In this document: piece after piece, positions 18,844 to 28,631 of the stretch
How positions within the stretch are numbered: the first letter of the stretch is position 1
Layout: the number at the start of each line of letters is the position of its first letter
Origin: Armatimonadota bacterium
Lineage (GTDB): Bacteria; Armatimonadota; HRBIN16
Reading direction: 5' to 3'
DNA: 64,000 bases
NCBI GenBank assembly: GCA_963677485.1
Contig: OY781964.1
Span: forward strand, 2,496,001 to 2,560,000
Notes under the pieces: generated by a model
The model's database searches: none
What the model was told of the DNA's origin: nothing
Seen by the model: only the letters and a program-made list of their open reading frames with translations
Program-made: the position numbers and the translations under genes

Positions 18844-21800
18844 ATGTGGATTGAGCGCATTGAGATCGAGCAGTTCCAGGCGATGAAGCAGCAGAGCATC
18901 GGGCCTCTGCAGCCGGGGATGGTGCTGTTTCTGGGCATGAACGGCGCCGGCAAGACCACCGTGATGGAGTTCATCCGCTGGGTTCTGTATGGAGATATCA
19001 CCAGTGCGGCGAATCGGCTGGCAACGGGTGAGGAAAACCACAAGAAGCAGGGTGGCATCACATTGCGTGATGCTGATAAACCGTATCACCTCCAACGAAT
19101 CCAAACACCCTCGGGCTCCAAGAAGGTCAACACCACAATCACGCTGAACGAAAAACCTGCCACACAGCCGGATGTGGATGAGCTTCTGGCGCGTATCGAC
19201 CGTGACACCTTCCGGAAAGTGTTCGCGATCGGGTTGGAGGAGCTGCGTCAGTCCGATGACATCAAGACCGTCCAGGACCGGCTTGCCTCCGCACTGCAAG
19301 GCACGGGAGCGGCAAGCCTGCCCACCGCCGTCAGCTATTTCGAGGAGGAGGCGAAAAAGTATGTCGCCTCACATGGCCGTACCAACACAGAGGCCTCAAG
19401 AGCACATACCCAATTGGGTGAGGCGAACCGGCAGATTGCGGAATTGAAGTCAGAACAAGACCAGTATGATACCCTTCTGTCCAAGCTCGCGCGGCTGCAG
19501 GCCGATAACCAGCGGCTGAAAGCGGAACAAGCCGATTTGGCTGCCAGCCTGGGCAAAGCTCAGGTGCTTGAAGCTGCCTGGGCGGACTGGTGTGAGCTTC
19601 AGGCCCTCCAGACCCAGCTTGAGCTGCAAAAGGATGCGCTAAGCTTGCCCCTGGCCCGACGCGAGGATTACCGGCAGCTCAAGGTTCAGCTTGAAGGGCT
19701 GGCCACGCAGTTGGAGGAACGGCGGTCAGAGATCGCGGAGAAGCAGCATCAACTTCAGGGGGCTGTCGATCAGACCAACCAGCCGCTGCTGGATCAACAG
19801 CAGGCCGTGCAGGACATCTGCCAGCGCATCAAGTCGCATGATGAGCTGCTTCGAGGAATCGCAACGCTGACTCGGGACTGTGAGTCGATGCGGCAGCAGA
19901 TCGAGGACGAACTCAATAAGCTAGGCCCAGGCTGGAATGAAGAACGGTTGAAACGGGCTCAAATCGACCTGCAGCTTCACACGAGGCTGAATACCACTAA
20001 CGCTGAACTGGTGAATGCGAACCAGAACCATGAGCGACTTCAGGTAGAGCAGCGGAATCTGGCACGCGAGATAGAGAGTAAGCAGCAGGAGATCACCAGT
20101 AGGCGTGATCGGCTTGCTGAATACGACGGCCTGCCTGCACTGGAGCAAGTCAACGAACGTAAAGCGCAGCTCAGCGAGTTGACCGAGAAGCTGCAGTATC
20201 GTCAGAACGTACAGACGCAGATCGCTGCGATTCCGCCTAGTGTGGCAGCACCTGCTTCACCCTGGTGGCTGCTGGTGGTCCTTGGGGTGCTGCTGATCAT
20301 CGTTGGTGGATGGCAGCTTGCGGCGGGACAACAGGCGGTCGGTATCGTGCTGATACTGGTGGGCATCGGGTTGATTGTGCTTGCACTGGGCATACGGCCA
20401 CAGACACGGTCTACCGCTCAGCCTACGGAAGCCACCAGCTCCCCGTTGGAGGAGCAACTGAACAATTATCAGAGTTCCATCGCACAGATATGCCAGCAAC
20501 TGGGTATTTCTGAGGCAGACCGCATCAGCCTGCAGCAGACGCTTGAGGACCAAACGGTGAAGGTCAGTAACTGGCTATCACTACAACGAGAGATTGAATC
20601 GCTGGAAGCCGATCTCGCCCGCTTAACCGTTCAGCAGAACAGTGAGGCCCTGCTCGATGCGGCTCAGCGGCTTCAGGGGGCGCAAACCCGCTGGGATCAG
20701 CTCATGCAGGAGATCGGTCTGCCGGAAGGCTTGACACTGGAGATGGCCCAGCATACCCTAGAGCGCATTCAGCGCACGCAGAGCATACAGCTCAAGCTGG
20801 AGCAAAACACCCAGGAGCTGGAGAAGGCCCGGGCGGTTCATGAAGAGCTCAACGGGCCGATACTGCCTCTGCAGGCACTCATCGATACCGATCCGACCGC
20901 CGCCTTGTGGATCCGGGCCGATGATTTATCCGCCCGACTCACCATGAACCTGAACTATGATTCGCAGCGCGTGATGCACGAAAGTGAAATACAACGGCTA
21001 TTGCCGTCTGTGCCTCTTATCACGAAAAAGATCGAGGAGGCCCAACAGGCGATGGCCGAAATCCTGCAGGCGTTTGGTGTGGAGGATGAGCTGCAGATGG
21101 AGCAGCAGTGCGAACGAGCTCATCGAGCCCGTGAAGTTGAGGTGAACATCAACAATCTGGAGACATCGCTGGTCGCCAGGACGGGTCCCGGCGAAGCACG
21201 GGCACGGCTTAACGAGCAACTGGCTGAGGTCACTGAGAAGCTGGAGCTAACCCAGCGTGTCCAGCAACTTCAACAGCAGATCGCGGAATCCAACACACTG
21301 GTCGACCGACAAAACACAGAGTGCGGCCAACTACAGGCGAAGATCGAGCGGCTTGGCACCGACACGGCACTGTCGGAGCAACTGGTGATCCGCGAGCAGG
21401 CCAAACAGTCGCTGCAAGAGGCGATGAAGAAGTGGCTGCGTCCGTGGCTGGCGCACAGGCTGCTGACCGACATTCAGGCGAGTTATGTTAATGAGCACCA
21501 GGGGCCTGTGCTGGCACTTGCCTCGGAGTTGATCCTGCAGATCACCAACGGCCGCATCAAGCAGCTTAAGGCGAATCCGGTGGGCAAGGAGATCGAGTTT
21601 GAGGCGATACCCAGCGATGGCTCCGAACCGCTGAAGCCGTCATACTGGAACCAGGCGCTCAGGGAGCAGGTCTACTTCGCAATCCGGCTGGGGTATATGC
21701 TGAACCACTTCGAGAACCAACGGCCGGTACCGGTGGTGCTGGATGACATCCTTGCGAATTGCGACCCTCACCACCAGCGGCGTCTAGCGGATGTGATCGC

Positions 21801-21921
21801 GGGCATCGCCCAGCGTGAGGGGCACCAGTTGCTGTTCTTCACCTGCCATCCTGAAACCGCGGAGCTGTTCCAGGGCTGCCAGCGGGGTGAAATCAGCGCG
21901 CTTCAAGTGGTGCTGGGGTAG
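18844..21921 (+). CDS. Rad50/SbcC-like ATPase (YhaN, AAA_27 type) with two central TM helices
   Basis: Walker A GMNGAGKT, long coiled coil, Walker B VVLDDILAN, FTCH. Confidence 0.9.
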   Translation: MWIERIEIEQFQAMKQQSIGPLQPGMVLFLGMNGAGKTTVMEFIRWVLYGDITSAANRLATGEENHKKQGGITLRDADKPYHLQRIQTPSGSKKVNTTITLNEKPATQPDVDELLARIDRDTFRKVFAIGLEELRQSDDIKTVQDRLASALQGTGAASLPTAVSYFEEEAKKYVASHGRTNTEASRAHTQLGEANRQIAELKSEQDQYDTLLSKLARLQADNQRLKAEQADLAASLGKAQVLEAAWADWCELQALQTQLELQKDALSLPLARREDYRQLKVQLEGLATQLEERRSEIAEKQHQLQGAVDQTNQPLLDQQQAVQDICQRIKSHDELLRGIATLTRDCESMRQQIEDELNKLGPGWNEERLKRAQIDLQLHTRLNTTNAELVNANQNHERLQVEQRNLAREIESKQQEITSRRDRLAEYDGLPALEQVNERKAQLSELTEKLQYRQNVQTQIAAIPPSVAAPASPWWLLVVLGVLLIIVGGWQLAAGQQAVGIVLILVGIGLIVLALGIRPQTRSTAQPTEATSSPLEEQLNNYQSSIAQICQQLGISEADRISLQQTLEDQTVKVSNWLSLQREIESLEADLARLTVQQNSEALLDAAQRLQGAQTRWDQLMQEIGLPEGLTLEMAQHTLERIQRTQSIQLKLEQNTQELEKARAVHEELNGPILPLQALIDTDPTAALWIRADDLSARLTMNLNYDSQRVMHESEIQRLLPSVPLITKKIEEAQQAMAEILQAFGVEDELQMEQQCERAHRAREVEVNINNLETSLVARTGPGEARARLNEQLAEVTEKLELTQRVQQLQQQIAESNTLVDRQNTECGQLQAKIERLGTDTALSEQLVIREQAKQSLQEAMKKWLRPWLAHRLLTDIQASYVNEHQGPVLALASELILQITNGRIKQLKANPVGKEIEFEAIPSDGSEPLKPSYWNQALREQVYFAIRLGYMLNHFENQRPVPVVLDDILANCDPHHQRRLADVIAGIAQREGHQLLFFTCHPETAELFQGCQRGEISALQVVLG

Positions 21922-21950
21922 ATAACCCGGATTATCGCATGAAGGCCCGC

Positions 21951-22022
21951 GTAGGGGCATGGCGTGCCGTGCCCACCACGCCCGGGCATGAAAATCGGGG
22001 GCACGGCACGCCATGCCCCTAC
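21951..22022. repeat. GTAG-type REP doublet between convergent genes
   Basis: GTAGGGGCATGGCGTGCCGTGCCC ... GGGCACGGCACGCCATGCCCCTAC perfect inverted pair. Confidence 0.92.
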
Positions 22023-22031
22023 ACGTCGCCC

Positions 22032-23075
22032 CTACCGCTTGCCTAGCTCGTTCACCAGCTCAAAGTAGTATTTCGCGTTCTCCATGGGCACGTTGGCGGG
22101 GATGTGGTTGCCCACGGCCATGATGAAACCGGGACAGTCTTTGCCTGCCTTTATGCAGCGTACAACCTCGGCTTCAATCTGCTGCTTGGTGCCCCAGGTG
22201 AGGATGCGGGTGTCGGCATTGCCCACAATCACGTGAGTTTTGCCGTATTTTTCGCACATATACTCCATGTTGGTCATGGGCTCTAAAATAAAGCCGTCGG
22301 CCCCGGCGTCGGCAATATCATCGATGAACTGCGTGTAGTTGGCATCTGAGATGTAGATGAGCTTCTTGCCCTTCTGCTTCAACACGCTCCAGAGCTGCTT
22401 ATATCGGGGGAAGATATACTCACGGTAGAATTCCGGACGGAATATGGCGCCTTCGGTCCAAACCATATCGTCATGGCAGATGAATGCTTCGATATCGGTC
22501 TCCGCCCAGGCTTTGTAGTTGGCAAGGCTGACTTGAAAGATACCTTCCAGCACCTCTTCGCCGAACTGCTTGGGGTCGGTGGCCTGAGCCATCAACAACT
22601 GCTCCCAGCCGAAGCACTCAATCGCGCCGCTCATGATGGTCTTGTAATACCCACCGGGGATGAACTGGTTGGGGTAGAGCTGCCGCACCTGGTTGACCTG
22701 CTGCTGGAACATCCGGCTGCGCTCCGCGATGTCCGGCAGGCCATACTCCTTGTCTGCGCGGAACTCCAGCACCTCTTCAGGCTCGGTAAAGGGGCAGTGT
22801 ACGTCGTCGTTGCGGTCGGTTCCGCCCTCTGCATACACCGCGTGGCCCATGCTGGTGGTGCGCCCCTGCCAAACCGGGCCATCGTCGGTGTTCCACAGGA
22901 AATCCAGATCAAGATGGTCGTAGAATGCCCTCATCGCCGCATTATAGTCCACCGCGGGGTCCAACCCCACCATGTCCTGCACCAGGCTGGGGTAAGAGAA
23001 GCAATATTCGGTGCGTCCCACGCGGGGTGTGGGAGCCAGTTCCATGATGATTTTACGGCCGATATCAACAGACAT
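22032..23075 (-). CDS. Uroporphyrinogen decarboxylase/methyltransferase family protein
   Basis: HDD, ISDAN, GNAD, GFIMAVGNHIPANVP..N motifs; ATG at 23075 with GGAGGT RBS. Confidence 0.85.
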   Translation of the reverse strand: MSVDIGRKIIMELAPTPRVGRTEYCFSYPSLVQDMVGLDPAVDYNAAMRAFYDHLDLDFLWNTDDGPVWQGRTTSMGHAVYAEGGTDRNDDVHCPFTEPEEVLEFRADKEYGLPDIAERSRMFQQQVNQVRQLYPNQFIPGGYYKTIMSGAIECFGWEQLLMAQATDPKQFGEEVLEGIFQVSLANYKAWAETDIEAFICHDDMVWTEGAIFRPEFYREYIFPRYKQLWSVLKQKGKKLIYISDANYTQFIDDIADAGADGFILEPMTNMEYMCEKYGKTHVIVGNADTRILTWGTKQQIEAEVVRCIKAGKDCPGFIMAVGNHIPANVPMENAKYYFELVNELGKR

Positions 23076-23487
23076 TCGGGTGACCTCCAAGAGTACGAAC
23101 ACTTATGTTAGTACCATACATAATGCGGGCTTATAATGCTAGTTATGAAAAGCCAGCTCACAGACATCAAAATGGAAAGCTCGTACCATATGCCAGACCG
23201 CCCAGATAGGGCCTAGCCAGATGCCACTGCAATGTCTGTGCTGCATTCTATGGCTTTGCGTCATGGTGTTGCGCTTCCCGCTACCCGTATCATCAGATGG
23301 CAGCTAGAGCTCCACACTTTAGGGCACCCACAAAGCAATGTCCACACTGATATCTTAGTGCAAACATTATTATTACTACATCATGCATGATACAATAGTA
23401 TAATCTACCTAGTGCCCTCACTGCACCAGTTGTCGTGCCGCGTAAATACAGTGCTGATGACCCATCACCATATGGAGACTGCGACCC

Positions 23488-26400
23488 ATGAGTTTGTCAA
23501 TCAAACAAAAAGCCCTTCTTATCTTCGCGATCAGCATGGGGCTGTTCGCAGTCATTCTGTACTCTGGATCTTGGTACCTTATGTACTCAGGGATTAAAGA
23601 CCTGGAATCAGAAATCGCTGTAGCGAACCTGCAGCGTGTAAACTCCGAATATGATAGCGACATCACCTCAATGGATATCGTGGCTCAAGACTGGAGCCGT
23701 TGGCGTTTCGCGAAAACTTTGCTGCAGCCAGGTACAGACCGCCCCTTCAATGATGCTTCAGCCACATTCCCCGCTGGTAATGTAGACCACATTCTGGTGT
23801 TGAACCAGGCGAATAAGGCGGTATGGCAACGGTCGCGCGGTCTTAACGGCGCAGGCAGTAGGCCGATCCCAGCCGATATTTTAACTTCACTTCGCAACTA
23901 TGTGATGAGTAATCCCTGTCCTATCGAGGGTGATTGCCGTAATGGAATCATTCTGTTGCCGAAGACGGTACTGCTTGTTGTGGCACAGAGTATAGTCGAC
24001 CCAGCACGGCCAGGCATTACGCAAGGGCAGGTTTTAGTTAGCCGTTTGATCGATCGGGAGGCAGTACATCGGCTTCAGCGCTTTACTAGCCTGCCGATTG
24101 ATATATACCGTGTCGATGACAGAAACCTACCGGCTAATGTGAAAGCGGTGCTGTCTCAGCTTAGCTTAACGCAGCAGGCACAGCAAGACGGACAAGGGGT
24201 CATCTACAGCTACCAGAGCATCAACGACCTCAACGGTCGGCCGGCCTTGATCATGAAGGTCACGACACCCAGAAGTCTCGCCCAGCGCACCGACTTCCCC
24301 CGTCACTACATTTTGCTGACCATCATTGGTGCTGCGGCCCTCTTTGGGTTCATGATGCTCTATCTTGTATACAAGACGATTTTGAACCGAATGCTTGATT
24401 TGAAAGGCGAAGTCAGTGCCATCGCCGATGCTGGTGACTTGAACGCCCGTGTACACATAGGTGGCGGCGATGAGATTGCCCACCTGGCCACTCAAGTCAA
24501 CCAGATGCTGGAATCACTTCAGACCGCGGTGCAGGAGAAGACAGCCAGCGACCAACTCTGCGAGACGATGAGTGACAGTGCCTTCGACATCATGTTGGTG
24601 TTGGACACTCACCTGCGCATACAGTATCTCAACCGGAATGCCTGTGATTCACTTCACATCAGTGCTGATAATGCCATGGGTCGGTATATGGAAGAAATCC
24701 TTGGTGATGAAAACGGCACAGAGCTGATCACCACCATCGAACGCACGCTCAAGCTGAATAGTGGCGGACGAATCGAGCTGGTGCTTGGCAGCGATGACGC
24801 CCGGCACTACCTGCAGATGGATGTCATTCCGTTATGCAAGCCCAACGGCCGTCCAGACCGTGTGCTGCTGACCGGCAAGGATGTGACCTACGCACGCAAC
24901 CTTGAAGAGGTGATTCAACAGCAGCTTCGGTTTGAGGCCAAACTGGTCGATACCATCCCTATCCCAGTCGCATTTACCGATAATTCGGGCAATTACCTTG
25001 CTGCCAACCGTGCGTGGGCAGAGGTTTTGGGGCTGAAAGTTGAAAACATACTGAAGCACACCGTGACCGATATCTTCCCGAAACAGTTTGCGGAGGGTTA
25101 TCTGCAACTGGCAGATCAAGCAAAGTTGCAAGATGAGCCGGTTCATGGCGAACTAACCCTCGTCCTGCAGGATGGGACGACACGCCAGGTTGTTTTATTC
25201 AACTCATCGTATCGTTCGACTGATGGAAGTATGCTTGGAACTATCACCGCTGTCATGGATATTACGGAGTTAAAAAGTATACAAAGCGCTTTACAGGCCA
25301 GCGAAGCAAGGTACCGCGGAATTGTGGATTCGCAGAATGATTTGGTCGTTCGGTGCGGATTAAACGGTGACTTTACCTTTGTGAATCAAGCCTGCAGCAT
25401 CACGCTTGGTAACTCAATCAATGAGTTGCTGGGAAGCAATATCAAGCGTTTTGTTTTACCGGATGATTTGCCACTGGTTAATGAAAGTGTTCAGAAACTG
25501 ATGGTGGCACCGCATCGGCAGACATTGACACACCAGGTTCCGTGTCTGCGAGGCATTCGGTGGATCGAGTGGGAGTGCGTGGCCATTCTAGATGATAAGG
25601 GTACGATCACGGAGTTCCAGCTGAGCGGACGTGATGTGACCATTCAAAAGCAGATGCATGATGAGCTGGAGCAGCGCGTTCAAGAGAGAACGCGGGAGCT
25701 GGCTGAAGTGAACAACATGCTTCGTGACCAGTTGAACTTCGCCCATATGCACGCCGAAATGGCTAACCGTATGATAGGAATCACGCCTGATCACCTTGAG
25801 TCACGTTACGTGAGGGCCAACCAGGAGATGGCATTAAGCTGCGACGGTAACTAACTCGACTTTTGGGTGTATGGCGTCGACCAATCCAGGTTCAAACCCA
25901 TTGCGCGCTGGATAGATAGGCGTGTCTACTCTGGTGAGTGTCATATCGAAAACCTGAATTTTGAAAAACTGGACTGGTTGATGAGCTGGCTCAGAACGGG
26001 CAAAAGTCTGGTGGTTCATGACCTGGCTGAGTTGCCTATTGAGGCGGCTGCGGAATTGTCTGTGCTGCGCAGGTATGATGTGCAGGCAATCATCATCTGT
26101 CCTGTCTTGCAGCAAAACACCATCGTAGGCATGGTATATGTGGGCAGCCGTCGGCCGCGTCCAACCTGGGGCGAAAGCGAAGCCGCGTTGCTGCGGTTGT
26201 ATGGCGAGACGTTGATGCTGGGTTACGAACGCAGCCTGGCTCAGATGGAAGTGGTAAGAAGCGAAGCGCGGTTCCGCACGCTGTTCGAGCGTTCGGCCAT
26301 GGGCATTGCATTGACTGACATTGAATGGCGGTTTATCAGTGCCAATAATGCATTAGCTCAACTGCTGGGATACACCGAATCCGAACTATGCGATTTGACG

Positions 26401-28227
26401 ATGGAGAACATCACGCATCTTGATGATATAGATTCTGATGCGAACCATATCGACACACTCTTGAGCGGCCGAATGTCAGAATGCCGTATGCAGAGGCGTC
26501 TCATCCGCAAGGATGGCCAGATCATATGGGTCAGCATGATTGTGTTCATCCTGAACTCAAGCGATGAAGGCACGATACTGGTCAGCACCATCGAAGACAT
26601 CACCTCAGAAAAGCGGGCTCAAGAGGACCTTCAAAACGAACGCGAGATGCTGGAGCTGCGTGTTCAGGAGCGAACAGCTCAGATTACCGCCACGAACCAG
26701 GAACTGGCTCGGGCGAACCGCATGAAGGACGAGTTCCTGGCTAACATGAGCCATGAGCTACGCACGCCCCTCAACGCCATCATCGGTATTTCCGAGGCGA
26801 TGGATGAGGGCGTGTTTGGTCAGGTTGGCGACATGCAGCGTGATGCATTGGGCCGCGTTCATGACAGCGGACATCACCTGTTGAGTTTGATCAATGACAT
26901 TCTTGACCTTAGCAAGATCGAAGCCGGTAAGGTAGCACCAAACTACGAAGTGGTGGACCTGAATCTGTTATGCTCGGACTGCATGCGTATGGTGAAGGAC
27001 ATTGCCCACAAGAAGCATCTTGATCTGGTGGTGAATATCCCAACCGACATGGCCCCCATGGTTGCGGACGGGCGCAGGTTGAAGCAGATACTGGTGAATT
27101 TGATCTCTAATGCGGTCAAGTTCACTCCTGACCACGGAAGGGTTGAGCTGCACGTGGAGCAAGGCCACGATGGCATGGTGGTGTTCAAAGTCACGGATAC
27201 CGGTATAGGCATATCAGACACAAACCTGGCCAGGCTATTCCAGCCCTTCCACCAGGTTGACAGCGGCTTGAACCGCAAGTTTGAGGGCACCGGCCTTGGG
27301 CTGGCTCTGGTAAAAAAACTGGCGGAGTTGCATAACGGCACCGTCAGTGCGCAGAGTATGGTTGGAAAAGGCAGCAGTTTTATCGTGCGAATACCATATC
27401 GGCCCGCGCCTGAGGCCCTCAGCGTGAATAATAGCTGTCGGGTCAATCTGCGTCGAGCGTTGGTGGTCGCATCCGGTGATATGGAGCGGCTCAGTATCGA
27501 GGTGGCATTGCAAAAGCAAGGGGTTGAGGTGCAGACGGTCTGCAGCACCCTTCAAGCCCCTGAAGAAATCCGCAGGTTCAAACCAGAATTAGTGGTGATG
27601 CATCTGGATATGGAAGACGGCGCAGGATGGCATCTGTTAGATCGGTTGAAGGGTGCTGTGAGCGACGGCGAGTATGCATTGGTGGCCATCACCGATCAGG
27701 ATCTGCGTCAGGAGGCAATAGCCTGTGGGGCGAGTGCGAGCCTGACGTATCCACTAGACGCCGAGAGCGTGCAGATATGCATCGACCGGTTCGCAAAAGA
27801 TGGCTTGGAAGGGCCCTCGAAGGACATGCCGGATCGCGGCTCAGAAAAGTCGGAGCATCACAGGCAGCGGATGGTGCTTCTTGCCGAGGACAATGAGATT
27901 AGCGCCGAACTATTCACCACGTACCTTAGCAACAAGGGGTATCAGGTGAGTTTGGCTTCAAATGGCCGCGAGGCGTTTGACTTAGCTGTGAGCCTGCATC
28001 CTGACATTATTTTGATGGATGTGCAGATGCCCGAGGTGAACGGTATCGAAGCCACACGGATGATCCGCGAAATCCCGGAGTTGAAGAACACCCCGCTGGT
28101 GATGCTGACGGCCTTGGCGATGCAGGGCGACCGCGAACGGTGCTTAGAATCGGGTGCTGATGACTACCTGAGCAAACCGGTGCGGCTGGCCCAGCTTCTA
28201 GGCACTATTACCAAATTCATCGGGTAA
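23488..28227 (+). pseudogene. Hybrid sensor histidine kinase (CHASE4-HAMP-PASx3-GAF-PAS-HisKA-HATPase-REC-REC) interrupted by an in-frame TAA at 25852-25854
   Basis: ORFs 23488-25854 and 25867-28227 share one frame; the stop falls inside a GAF-like domain; SHELRTPLN, NAVKF, GTGLGL, DVQMP motifs. Confidence 0.8.
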
Positions 28228-28234
28228 CGCTAAC

Positions 28235-28273
28235 AAACAGCCTGGGCGAACGTCGTTCGCCCAGGCTGTTTTT
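28235..28273 (+). terminator. Intrinsic terminator
   Basis: AAACAGCCTGGGCGAACG / CGTTCGCCCAGGCTGTTTTT hairpin with a T tract. Confidence 0.9.
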
Positions 28274-28319
28274 GCAGTCTACTAACCATATATGAACAAC
28301 GGGTATACTGCCTCCGATT

Positions 28320-28463
28320 CCGCGACATAAATGTCTCGGCTATTGACCACTAAGACTGCTGAAGCAGTCTGGGTGCAGCCATCGGCCGCACATTCCAGGG
28401 TGAAGTCCCGCAGCCTGCTTCAGAAGGCTTGGCAGGTCAATAGCCATGTGCTTTAGCGCGTGG
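28320..28463. repeat. REPIN-like inverted pair of the GCTGAAGC type
   Basis: GGCTATTGACC..AGACTGCTGAAGCAGTCT and AGCCTGCTTCAG..GGTCAATAGCC; related copies at 13690 and 35335. Confidence 0.75.
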
Positions 28464-28556
28464 TATGGTGGAACGCGTTAATTTACCAGCACGAACCCCC
28501 ATCTGTATTTGTGTGCAGTTGACTGGGCTTGCTGGGGAGCAGCTAGGACGGCTCCT

Positions 28557-28630
28557 TGCCTCCTGCTCTCCTAACTTCTCCCCTCCTGACTTCTCGCCTC
28601 CTAACTTCTCACCTCCAATCTCCTCCCCCC
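28557..28630. repeat. Pyrimidine-rich ~15-bp tandem repeat (CTCCTAACTTCTCNC)
   Basis: About four degenerate units directly after a stop codon. Confidence 0.75.
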
Positions 28631-28631
28631 G

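Noticed and set aside
17648-21921. Wadjet/Lamassu-type SMC defence system
   Set aside because: The architecture matches YhaO/YhaN; no kleisin, KITE or effector genes are adjacent.
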